From Catajapyx aquilonaris (lineage: Eukaryota), in assembly GCA_000934665.2 (NCBI GenBank), contig KZ538734.1:1-50493 (forward strand): a DNA stretch of 50,493 nucleotides, read 5' to 3'. The notes under the pieces were generated by a model. The model ran no database searches. It was given only the letters and a program-made list of their open reading frames with translations, and had not been told where the DNA came from. Made by a program: the position numbers and the translations under genes. Each line of letters opens with the position of its first letter. Position 1 is the stretch's first letter. Shown piece by piece: positions 24,505-37,180 of the stretch.

Positions 24505-27500
24505 ACTGTAGTACGGTACATGAAAAGTAATTATGCAAAATCATTTTAAAATAAGCAGCTACCATCTATTATTATTCGGACAAGTATTTTGGATCACCCT
24601 GTGGACAAAACGAGAAATGGCGTCACATGCATTTAATTTTCTGTTGTGTGTAATTGGATGGAAGGAAGGAAACTTACTATAAGGCAACAGAATAGCTGAA
24701 TGGGACTATCACTTGATCGAAAGACTTTTGATACACTCTGCCCACAGAAAAGCTTGTCCTATAGTCTTTTATTTGGAACAACAGTAGCAATTGACCCATT
24801 CGATTTGGGGGGTGTCTCAGATCCTTTGTACTTCAAAAGTGGAGAGGAAAGGAGGTATCAAAGCTGATGTCCACTACCCAAGAGGATCTTATGCGCTGTG
24901 GACGTCTTTCACAACTAGAGTTACAAGGATAAAGGACAAGGTAATCAACAACGCGTGTAACGCCCCACTTTCCGCAACAAATCCATTTCTAGGAAGTAAA
25001 CACTAGACTGTAGTAACGAGTTTTCCCCCAGGCAATTATTTGTTCTTTTTGTTTAAAAAAAGAAGTATATTTTTCTCTCTGGTGAGGGTGGGTCAGGAAC
25101 ATGGGTCGATACATATGCCCTCAAAAGGGCACTAGGTCATCCTCTAGGCTCTCTCCAAAGAGGGTCAATTGGCTGAGACTTTGGACCAAAAGGGGGTGGA
25201 GAGAGCTATGAAGTCTGGCACAACTTTGACCGAGTGATAAGAAAATTCCTTTGTCATCTTATACGTATGTCTGCCTTGATGTCATGCTCGCAATCTCTGC
25301 GGTCAAATTTCCCAAGAGAACCTCTTGCATGGGTGTTTCACTGCAGGACAACTGATAAGCTTGAAATCCCTGGAACAGTAACTGGAGATATATTTTTCCG
25401 CTGTTAGACGCACATGAAACAGATATACATTTTTTGCAGAAGTTTGTGGCAGCTCGTGCAAAATGCCAATAGAAAAATAATGTAGTCATTTCTATGTGAT
25501 TAGTTACGTACATGTTACCGACAAAGGAACAGATACGCTGATTTTAATCGAGTTCGTTGATTCCAAAACAGGCGTAAATGATCAAATTAAATGACATGAT
25601 TGCTACATTAAAGAATTTATTTATTCTGAATGATATATAAAATAAGTCTACGTGATGTTATTTCCTTAGAGCTACCGGCACTTTATATGTATATTTATTT
25701 TAGTAGCTATACATATTACAGTATAGGCCTATATCTAACTCGTAAGTCTTTCCTGACTTCTGTGAGTGAAGCGAATATAGTTGGAAAAGACAAGTTGGAA
25801 AAAAGTAAAAAAATATTCAAGATGTTCTAACAGGGAGGTTCTGTGTTCTATTCCCGGAGATGACTTTCCTATATACCCAAGGTTTTATACTGGAGCTCAT
25901 GTTATGCTTATCCGTTAAAGAGTCGCGGACTATCCTGCTTTAAGTTGGTACTCTGTGCCCGCTTTTAGTCGGTCTGAACGAGAACCGAAGTCGCAACTCT
26001 TCTTTCCTTCCCTTCCCTTCGTCTTTCCCCTCAGGGCGCCAACAGGATTTGTGCACTGCACGTGTGCGACACTCTGACTGATGTGGGTGTGCCTTATATC
26101 TGAAACACACAGTATTCCGAATAAACCTGAATAATATGAGACACGGAAATGTTGGTGAGGGAGAAAACAACGAGCCAGCTTAACAATCTTGAAAACAGAA
26201 CATTATAATAAATAATAATATTGTGTCAAAGGCTAAAACTATGAATCACTGGTTGAGGTAACAATTTCATGAGACTGCAAAATCACACATTAACAGGTGG
26301 AAAGTGAGTATCACGATTGGTTAATGCACTCTTAAATCATGAGGGCCTGATGTACTGTGCGCGCTTATTTGTGCGGGCAATTTGAGTGCCCCATTTACAT
26401 AGAGCGAGTGTAGGTGTCAACATAGGCATGCCCAGAAACGGATAGCACACCTGAAACCCTGAGTACATAAAAATAATACGGCGTGTAGATTATGGGCAAG
26501 AGTATACTGTGTAATACTACTACAGTATGTACAGAGAAGTGGATACCACTACGGATGACGGTAGATGGATTGCTCTAGTATGGCCTTCTTTTTACAATCC
26601 TTAAATGCAGCAAGTGTTCAGGCATATAGCATATTCTATTGCAGGGTTTTCATAACAGTAGCGCAATTACATTGTGAGCTTACACCAACTTATTCGGAGG
26701 AATGAGAAAAAAAGGGCAATGCAGACCTAGTATAAATTGCTCAAAGAGAGTTTGGAATATCACAGTAATGCGAAACTGGAGTACTGCGTACTGTACAAAG
26801 GTCACACTGATGATGCGACACGACAATATCCTATTTGGATCTGGGCTCCTCATTTTTACCAATGACAATAGGATTTTGTTCGGTCGGTGTCTCCCTGAGC
26901 AAACCGCATTTGAGAATGACGCACAAGAAACGGAATATGTTACATCATATTATCCCGAGTATACACTCAGAATGCAATATTCCACCATCAGTCTATACCT
27001 AAAGCAACAAGTGACTAATGTGCGGCTTGAAACTTAAAACCTACACTTTTTTCTCGCAATAAAAATTGCAGATGTATTTATAGTAATTTTGTAACGTAAC
27101 TAATAATCTGAAAATACCAACATTGACTGAATCTGTCCAAAATTAACATTCGCAATAATTGCACGCACTGTAGATTTTTGTAAAGTGAGATAGTTTTTCC
27201 ATAGTAGTCTCTATCCAGGCAACTACGTTTTGAGGTCGCCTTCTCGGGGTCAACGCACACTTCACTCGCAAATTCAATCACTGGCTTTTCTGACCAGTCG
27301 TCTACTCAATTACATGGAACAAGTTTACCACGTCTTTCCAAAACTTTATACAGGCTCCACTTCCACGGATAGTTAAGTGAACCGAACTTTTTTATGTTAT
27401 GTATTTTGAATCATGGGATGATACCAGAAGGCTCTCTCCCTCCCTCCCCATATAACCCAACACGGAATGTATACATGTATCTAGATCGGCTTTCCAATAG

Positions 27501-30500
27501 ACGCCTTTGGCTCCCTAGAGAGCTTCTCCTCAATTCCGAGAACACCCTTACCGCCAAATTGAATTCTGGAGATCCTCAACCTTAACTGACACCATGGTTA
27601 CATGTACTGTACAATCCGGAAGGTTGGACGGGTCAACACCTTGGCTATTTAGTTTTTTTAATACCCCAGAGTAGTTGGGTACATTCAACTCTGCAAGGAA
27701 ATGATGCACAGAATGAGGGTTTGATAACTCGACATGTAAACAGACCTACAATGCACTCTAGCATTAGGTGCAATAATAGATAACGGCTACAGGGCAGACC
27801 TATTTTTTAAAAGCAATGACAGCACCACCCACACGCTCCAACTCTATCCTTTATACATTTGGATGAAACAAACGCCCAGGGACATTACGCACAAAAAAGG
27901 TAGAGTGAAGGTAATGGATTTTGGAGCTGCCTCCATGAAATTTTGTCACGGGTCGAGGTGGTGGGTGCTAATAAGGTTAGCAGCTCTTAGCTTCAGGCAA
28001 AACTTTTTTACTCCCTTACGTCTCCTCGTTACTAACAAACAGAGTCAGAAAAAGGGCAAGGTTGACAACAATATCAAATCCGGGAGCGTTAAGAATAAAC
28101 GTCGGAAAATAACATCAAGCTCTCAGCCAGGAAACGACCACTACGAGTAAACACAAGCATAAATTAAGCAAAGTAATCCGTAGGGAGGGAACACCGCACA
28201 ATTTCTAAAATGCATGGTATTTCCCTCTGGTTATTTCCAAAGCAGTCAAAGGCTCCTTGATAAGATTCAATTCCAAAAAGCACTGTTGTTGAAATTTAAA
28301 AATGCATACCTATCACATGGCCAACATTTCTTTTATTCAAAATATTATTCCCAATATGAATAGTAAGTAATTTGGTTGTAATTTGGGAAAGCCTAGGGTG
28401 TACAGTGGGCTACATAGAGGACCTATTTTAAAGGCGACGCTTGAAGAAGGAACTAGGGTATTTCCATCAAAGGAATACTGGGCGCTTCGGCACTCCTCTG
28501 GAAACTGGTAAATTTAATTCAGCTCACCGAAGGCGGAGCATAATGGATACCCTACGGTTCTCAAGTTTTAACTAGAGGAGCCTCACCAAGTTGTAATTTA
28601 TCCCTGGTGCAAATTAAGCAGAGAGTTGCAGAACTGCAATATAAAAGTGTAAATGCATGCGTATATACGCCATGACCTACATGACCGAGTGGCCAAGATG
28701 TTCATCATGCCACACATTATATTTCGACATGCGGGATTTCAAATCATGGAATGATATTAATAATCAAACACACGGTATAGCCAACACACATTTTGTTTCT
28801 AACTGGTTTTGCCACAGAGTCTGTGTTTCGCAGTTTCCTAGTGTGGATACACACTTAGGTCTACCTACTCTATAGTAGTTCACGTAATATGGTGATACAC
28901 CTCAGCACGGAAATGAGCTAATCAATTTATCATCAAAGTTAATACTAACGCCAACTAGTATACATCGATACTTGTAGGCGTTACTGAAGAGCACTTCACT
29001 TGAAAGTCACTGCTGCCTTGACGATATAGCTAACCAATAGTCTAGACGTCACTTTTTCGTCGTGATGAGGTTTAATTTTCAGACCAGGTTAGAAAATAAG
29101 TCTCTTACGAGCGTAACTGCACTGGGTTTTCAAGATATGGATAATCATTCAAACATTTATTAATCTGAATTAACTCCAGCAGTAGCTAAAATCAATCACT
29201 ACTCAAATAGAATCCACTCTCTAAAGTTAACGACACCTGGCCAGGTCACATTCACGACATTTGTTACATTTTTATTTCTATAAATAACTTTCAGCCACAG
29301 ACACTCAGCCGGTCAAGGAAGTTCAATACCCTCTACGAGACGTCTTCTATCCATTATGTAATAGAAGTCAGGTTTTGCTGCCAATGGTAGAGCCGGATTT
29401 GCTCACGCTTCATACGGTTGAGAACTACCCGTGGGAGAAGTCTGTCTGATACCTTGGAGATCACTTTGCACATTCTCTCGTCGCGTGGGTACCGACTGCC
29501 GGTTTGGGAAATGTATTATAGAGGAGATTTGCGTCATTCTCGACGGGCTCTTTCGTGTCGGGATCAAAGTTTGCCCCCAAACTGCAACCTCAACCGTCAA
29601 TTGACAGCTTTCCAGAAGGGCTCATTTTGTTCGCAGAATGAGGGGAATATATCTGAAAGTATGAGTTATCGCTTTTTTACGTATAGTATGTTGGTTTTTT
29701 CGGTGCAGTTCAATGTTCGTATTGGAGTATTTCAAATTTAGGTCGACTTCGCTAACTGGCTCATATTTTGGTTGTTTAATTCTTTCCATATGTGCACGTA
29801 TGATTTGTTTACAATGAAACCCACAGCAACTCACAATGATACACATGGTGTTATAAAATGATATATGCTTTCAGAATGAAGCATCACATTCTGTATCGAG
29901 ACGTATCGACCCTCACACCCGGTTATGGTGACCTAATTTGATCGTTTAGCTATTAGGACGGGCATGCTAAATCATGCCTACTATGGAGATTTTGATAATG
30001 TTTCCAGGGCAATTTTCAGAGGTGTTTCTGCGGAATGAACCTGGCAGTGTTCACGGTATTGCACGCAATTATTTTGCACAGAGCCCGTATACTATCGGCA
30101 TGCGGGGAAAGTGTATGCAGCCTTCATTATAAGCGTTCACGACCTTTTTCTGCTAAAAATGGTTTCTAATAGGAAACAGGACAAAAACAAAATTCCACTT
30201 TTCCTCCAGCAGTATCAAAGAAGAATCCGCAAGTAATAATGCGGGGGAGAGTGAGAGCATAATCCTGCTGAGAACACCGAAGAGAAAATGAAAACCTGAA
30301 GAAGGAATCCAATTAGTCGGCCGGCATCATCAGTGAGGTCAGCAGCGGATGCCCCCTCTGCAGGACACTGGTCCGTCCTGTGGGACATGGGGTAACTCGG
30401 ACCACAACCGACATATGAACCCTGGATAGTCAGTCGTCCTTGATTGTATAGTGGAGCAGCTTCCCCAATATGACACCTTTCGAAACACGACCCTTCCCTG

Positions 30501-31633
30501 GAGGATGCCACTCTCCGCTGAGTTTCTTCGGGATCAAGTGGAAGGGTGGCACATTCAATTAGCGAATATTTTTGCCACCCAATAGATTCAAGCCTTTTGT
30601 TGGGAATCAGGCTCGTATTTCTATTATGTGAAACACCTGTTTTTTCTCAATTAGTCCAAGGCACGGGCTATATCCCAATCGCCCAATCTAACGATTCTTC
30701 TGGTTTAGCCGAGCTGTGGAAGGCGCGGGAGGGGTTCCTAGGAATTAGGAAGAACTTTGTAAACAAGACGCCTCGTCCCGCCCCAAACCAATCCCCATCG
30801 GATTCCAGCATGAGGGAAGGTGGGGGTGGTAGAAGAGGGTGGAATTGATTCGTGGTCGGCAGAGGCAGGTCGAGTCGAAAAAGAAATGGCTCCCAGAGGT
30901 CGTGGCGAGACAACATGGCTGCCGGAGCAAGTGCCGTTCCCTTCGCTTCAATGATTTGCTGCCTCGGGTTACCTAACTGACAGACCAAATCAAGTGTCTA
31001 ACAATGTCGACTGCAATGCCAGACGTGATGGATTTGAGGCAAGCTCCCAATTTCGTGCCTTTTCTATTAGTGGGCTGACAATTGCTAACTGAAGTTTCGA
31101 TGTGTACTCAAGTGGTTTAGACGTGAGCTGCATCTATCAGAACCAATGAGACGCCGTCAAGTCACATCTGAGCACAATTGTATTCAAGCTCTGCCTATCT
31201 GCTGAGTATACTCAAATCACGCAAATATTCATTACGTCGGAGGTAGGGCAAAAAGTGTGTCAGGGACCAAGCAAACTCTGGTGAAAAAAAACACGATGGG
31301 GAAAAAAAGTGAACTGATTTCCTCTCGATCCAAAAGGTATTGAAACACGTAATGAAAACCTCAGTTCTCCCGCCTTAGAAACCGACACCTGTACGAACCA
31401 AGTCCGTCAAACTCTGCTGACTGACGGCCACAAATCGATGGCGACGGAAGAAAAAAGGTTATACCTCTGTCAGGCGAAGAACATTTCGAAGACCAATTAT
31501 ATGCCTCTCAGACCTGGTCTCCGGTGGGACTTTGACATCTGTCTGCATAGCAAGTGCAGTCTATATTATGTGTATACTCTATAAATCTGGTGGACTACGA
31601 CTAGCTACAGTATGTATCAATAGTGCGTGGGTG

Positions 31634-32515
31634 CTAAGGGTTTGAACTTTGCAGTTTGTGACAAAAGCATGAAACTCGGTATACTTGTTCTTGGGACACT
31701 TTTGATCATATCTGAACGTGGGGCCACGATGATTCACCCCGGTGGAGGTCACTTTCGCAGGGTTGCCATAACTACCAGGTGCAGCATCCTTTATGACCTT
31801 GTATTCGGTGATAAAAATATGAAACTCGCCACAATTGGTCTTTGGACACTTCTGAACATGTCTGGAAATGATGCCACTATGGATGACCCCGCTGGGGGTC
31901 ACTCGCAGGGTTGCTAGATCTAATGGTATCTCTACGTAAATTATGTTAATTGGGAGCTTGCCTTGAAACTCGGTACAATAGTTCTTTGCACACTTCCAAA
32001 CATATCTGGACGTGGGGCCACGATGACCCACCCTGATGGAGGGCACTATCGGAGGGTTGCGATATCTAACAGAATGTGCAACATAGTGCAACATATCGAT
32101 AGTGCTCTCCATCGGGGTGGGTCATCGTGGCCCCACGTCCAGATATGTTTATATGTGTCCAAAGAACTAGTGTACCGAGTTTCACGTTTTTATTACCGAA
32201 TGCAAACGTAGAGAGCCCATTAGATCTGGCAACCCTGCGAGTGACCCCCAACGGGGTCATCCATAGTGGCCTGACTTCCACACATGTTCAGAAGTGTCCG
32301 AAGATCAATTGTGGCGAGTTTCATGTTTTTGTCACCAAATGCAAGGTCCTAAAGGATGCTGCATCTGGTAGATATGTCAACCCTGCGGAAGTGACCTCCA
32401 GAGGGGTGGGTCATCGTGGCTCCACGTCCAGATATGATCAGAAGTGTCCAAAGAACAAGTGTACCAAGTTGCATACTTTTGTCACAAAATGCAAAGTTGG
32501 GCCTTTGTCCCTTAG
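31634..32515. mobile_element. Foldback-type palindromic element with internal ~145-150-bp tandem subrepeats
   Basis: Ends CTAAGGG...CCCTTAG with ~420-bp inverted arms. Each arm has about three diverged units (tgaaactcg..tctt.g.acactt..catatctg..gccacgatg..) starting at 31669, 31819 and 31963. No clear TSD, so superfamily not assigned. Confidence 0.8.
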
Positions 32516-35500
32516 AACCTGGACTGGAATGAGCTTTTCTGCTTTCATAGGTATGTATCGCTTTCAGAAAATTACGGGAGAGGCTCAGAGCCTGATTTAA
32601 TATTGGCTACAACTGCTGAGCTTTATTCATGCTGGTGCTGAAACAGGATTATAATCCTCAAAATTAGGCTTATGTTAAATTGGGAGTTCCCAAATCCGTA
32701 GGGTAAACCACATATACAGGAATCGGAGGCGTGACCTTTCATTTTGCGTATATTCAACCCACAACAACGTTCTCACTAGCACAGGAACAGATTATACTCA
32801 TTAACTGCTTCTTTCCTGCTGCTGCGAATTTCGGGCGGAAAAGGAACTGAGTGTTTGCCTTCTCGACAACTAAACCACCGCTGTCTCCGAGGACTAGAAT
32901 AATTCCTGATGTTCCTGCAATTCGACTCTAATATGACCACAATGAGCACAAAGATAATTATGTAAACGAGTAGACAAGACATTCGATCGTACGGTATAGT
33001 GTTACCACCTGCAAACACACTCATTTGTCAGCTTCTACTGTATACAGTTAGCAAAAGAAACTGTATACAGGGAGATTCAGTTAATACCTCCAAATTGATA
33101 TAAAATAATTTAGTAACTACATCCATTTGCAATTTAATTATGTTAGCACAATCTCATTAGAAGTGAAACTGATCAGGTAGGCCTACGGTAGATTATGAAA
33201 CAAGCTCTAAAAATATGTTTGGTCATGCCGATGTGTTTAACAATGCAGCTCTATTTATATGTTTAAATTTCGTACGCTATAATTTTCATATTTTGGTGTG
33301 TCAGTTTGGAAAGACTTAAGTTATGTCATTCCTGGGTATACAGTACAGAGTGGTGAAGAAAGTTCAAATCCTATAGTATAGTATAGTGTATAGTCCAAGA
33401 AGAGAAAAGGGATGAAATTACAGATGTACTATAGTTTACTCCAACAACAAGTATAGATTACAGCATTAGGCCCTGTTTTGCAACAATCAGAACCACATTC
33501 AATTGTCGAAATTGTAGATAATCTTTACCCTGGTTTCTAGAGTAATCAATATTTAATTTCTCCCCTTTTTCCTACCCCTCTACAGGGCAGTTATCTTGGG
33601 CAATTCCCCAATTCCCTACCCTTTCATTATTCAGGTTATTGTTTTTAAAAATATTCAGAAGCTGTTTTGAGACTACAGGCAGCTAAATCTGTCTAGCAAC
33701 TGAAACACACCCAACCAAACAATTATAACAGCAGTATAGGAATGTTACCCTATACTTATTATCGGCATCTCTTTGCCACAACAAAAGGTGCTGAGCTGTA
33801 CATATAAGCAGGCGCGTAGGCAGAAAAAATGTCGGAGAGGGGCCCCTTTCATAAGCACTAGGAGACTAGGTGAATCAGCCCCAAAGGGCGGGGAGCAAGC
33901 CCACCGCAGAAAAAAAATCCTGGGTTCAAGGTCACACGAGCTTAGGTGAATGTGGGAGATTTGAATGGGTGTGTATTTGATGAAATTGGTAGCACTTTTT
34001 CCAAAAAATCATGAATTTATTAGTAATTTCGAACGCTATTTCAAACATTTCGGGGGGGGGGGGNGCCAAGAATTCAAAATTACAATAGGACTTAAAGAAT
34101 AGAGAAAGAAGAAAGAACCAGATAGTTTTCAAACACACTCTCTTTAAGATTCCGCTCTTATAAATCGGCATTTCGTGCAAAACAAATAAAGAACGGTGCA
34201 TCTCTATGCTCTACGAATACGTACTACAATATTCAAGGCTCTCTCGCAGTGCTTGAAATCCCAGTCGCCACATACCCTGTCAAGGATAATATTATTGCAG
34301 GCACATTTCGGCGCTACGTGAATTTTCCTTCCACCTTCTTTCGCAGTTTTCCAATATCACACTGCCGGAGAATAGCGAGGGTTGGAAAAGATAGTGCTTG
34401 AAGGGAAGAAAAGGATAGGTAGGTAGCTTCTATGCTAAAGCAGATTCAAGTTCCAGGGAAAATCCGGCAGGGGCTGAGTGACAGTATCGCCTAAAAGTGG
34501 GCGGGCTTTGGTTTTGGGGATGGATCCATGGGTCATGGACGAACGTGCACTGCCACCGGCCAAACTGCTCAATTGGATGCAGATGCCTAGTCCCCGGGGG
34601 ATTTATTGGGCATTATCCTCGACCTGTTAGTTTTCATAGTCCGGCCTATAACTAACGCACCCTGGAGATTGGTCAGCTTCGGACACTTTTCTGCCTAACT
34701 TGGACCAGAGGGCACGAGCCTTCTGAAATCCGTGCAAATGCTTTCATCAGCCAAAGTTAGCATGCCACCTGTTGAGCTAGGAATGCCTATTAGCTTCCTC
34801 GGATCTAGTTATTTAAATATTCGGAAAGACTTCCTGCGACTAGTGCAAGTTCTCGCATATTTAATTTGACAAATTGCAGTCAGATTGTCGACAAATCGTT
34901 CCTTTTGCGGAATGATGGGATTCTAAACGGGTACACACATGCATGGAAAATAATTATTGCAATGAGGCAACTAAATGTTGTCGTTGAAGGTTAAATGAAC
35001 GCTCCGAGCCATTCAGTTTTGCGTTATTAACTTGTAAGTGGCAGTTTTGCACTGCTGCAGGGTAGTCGTTGGCAACCATAACTACTGTACATGCAACTGT
35101 ATGATGTCAAAATATAAATATATAGTTGGCGTTATATCAATCTGGAAAATTTCTCACCCAACATTTCTCACCCATACATTTTTGACAATACTGTATATAT
35201 TGTGCTGGCAGGGGACTCTTCAACTGTACATCAACAATGTCGTATGTATTTTCCGAGGTTTGGAAACTCTTCCAATAATGATACAGGACGGGAAGGAAGC
35301 TACACAAGTACACACGAAACCGAGCACGAAACGGTGCAGTTATAGAGGAGTTTCAATATGATACACAAATGATTTTTATAGCAGAGTTGTTTTTTGCCAT
35401 ATATGTCCCTATAAGGTAAACTCATATTAGGTCCAGAGCCCAGGTTTACGGAGGGCTAGCAATAATCAGCTAACTAACCAACAAATCAACAAATCAATTA

Positions 35501-36116
35501 CAAAGCTTTTTAGCGTTTCATGAACTTAATTACCTACCTGACCGTCGCGTCGTTGCTCCTCAGAGGGTGTGTCCCTCAAACCTTCCCACGTTCCCCTAAC
35601 AACAACCACCACCACCACCATCATCTAAAACCACCTAATCAGTCACATCATGACAGATGTTGGCCCCTCGTGAAACACGGGCGTACTGCTATAGTAATGT
35701 ACTACATATTGCAGAATGTTATGATACTTTGAGGTAATGTACCGTAGATATAGGCTACTGTAGGCTACATACAGCAATGTATATAAACCAAATAACAATT
35801 TAGCCTATAATTATATTTGTTCTTCCATAATTCATACAAGCAGTGTGTCTGCCACTTCTGGGCAATAATATATAATTGATTATTAAATTTATCAGTTGAA
35901 TAAAGACAATTAAGGGCAAAAGTGCATTCACATATCCGCGACTGCGACTGCGACCACGAGCCCGAGCCACGTCGCGGGCATGTGGTCGCCCAGCTGCTGG
36001 GGGCCCGGTCGCAGCTCTGTTTGGGGAACGACGTCGTGACAGCATTCACGTAAGCCGTCGCGTCGCCACGATTCCATGCCCGAAAAAAAGAGCACCGTGA
36101 CCCTGACCACCCACTG

Positions 36117-36330
36117 ACCGAAGCAGGTTAGCATAGTGGATAGGGCGTCCGACTGCTAATCGGGAGGTCCTGGGTTCGAATCCCGGGGCCGGCAACCCTG
36201 ACTGTGGTTTTCCACGGTCTTTCTAGGATAATTCCGGGGTCGCTTCCGTATTATAGGCCACAGCCGCTTCCTTCCTTCCCTATCCTTGGAGGTTGAAAGG
36301 CAATGCTGGGCCAACCTCCTTAAACATCAA
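36117..36330 (+). mobile_element. tRNA-derived SINE (insect SINE2-like)
   Basis: A box TAGCATAGTGG (36129-36139) and B box GGTTCGAATCC (36173-36183). The body ccctgactgtggttttccacgg..ggccacagccgcttccttcc resembles insect tRNA-SINE bodies as I recall them. Confidence 0.8.
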
Positions 36331-36335
36331 TTATA

Positions 36336-36763
36336 AAGTCTATCCGACTCCGACTCCGCCTCTCCGACTCGGAGGCATCGGACACCCTGTTCAGACAGAG
36401 GTCTGCTGTTCGATGTCCGATGTCCAATGTTCCATGTTCGAAGGGGGGGGGGGTGTCACGATTTTGTGGAAGGGGGTGGAGGGTGAAGGACAAGTTTGTT
36501 TACTTTATAAAATGTGGAGGTGAAGGTGGTGTGGGGGGCATCGAGTTCGACAGACCCCCACTAGCCAATCACAGAGCCGGGATGAGTCGAACAGTGATTC
36601 ACACAGTCAATCCGACGTCTTGCCCAGCCCACTCTCCCGTCTCCGATCTGCCTATGTGACTTGAACTGGCCTCCTTGGCTACGACGTCGGATCTGACGCT
36701 GAATGCCATTTACACAGTAGGTTCGATGGTTGATTCCGGCCCGAGGCGGAGTCGGATCGACTG
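36336..36763. mobile_element. Diverged MITE with short TIRs (pogo/Tigger-like ends)
   Basis: aagtctatccgactccg..cctc at left pairs with gaggcggagtcggatcgactg at right. Many internal ccga/tcga motifs. Confidence 0.5.
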
Positions 36764-36828
36764 TGTACAGCCCACTTAGTAGGCCTACGTATTTTCACAG
36801 TTTCGTGCATTTTAGAGAACGCTCTACT

Positions 36829-37147
36829 TGGGGAGGTGTAGATGGCCGAGATGGTAACGTCTCGGCTTGCTGAGTGAAAGGCCCCAGGTTCGATTCCCGC
36901 CTGGGGAACTTTCCTTTCACCTGCGTCAGGAGGGTCTCTGACCTGCACCAAGGAGGTGTCTGGCAACCTAACCTCCTGGGGAACAGCACATGACCTATTT
37001 GTAGACATTGCACTTGCACCTATGTTCCCTCCCCAAAAATCCCTTCCCTTACCCCATGTCCTTTCATCCTTGCACCGGAGTTGGAAGAAAAATAGAAAAT
37101 TGAAGGAAAATGGTGGTATTCCACTCCCCTATAAGGGCCTACACGGG

Positions 37148-37180
<33 letters not shown>
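36829..37180 (+). mobile_element. tRNA-derived SINE, local family A, full-length copy
   Basis: A box TGGCCGAGATGG, B box GGTTCGATTCC and a (TA)n tail. 16-bp target duplication tagagaacgctctact at 36813-36828 and 37215-37230. Homologous to 42631-42962 and 44268-44491. Confidence 0.9.

Noticed and set aside
31634..32515. Regularly spaced repeats and 157-177 aa ORFs, possibly a CRISPR-like array or repeat protein
   Set aside because: The units are wholly homologous with no unique spacers, are arranged as an inverted pair, and sit in eukaryotic DNA with no cas genes. The ORFs mirror each other because of the palindrome.
36123..36194. tRNA-like cloverleaf with a GCT (Ser) anticodon
   Set aside because: The acceptor and D stems are mismatched, there is no long variable arm as expected for tRNA-Ser, no poly-T terminator follows, and it runs into a SINE body. 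It is a SINE head, not a tRNA gene.
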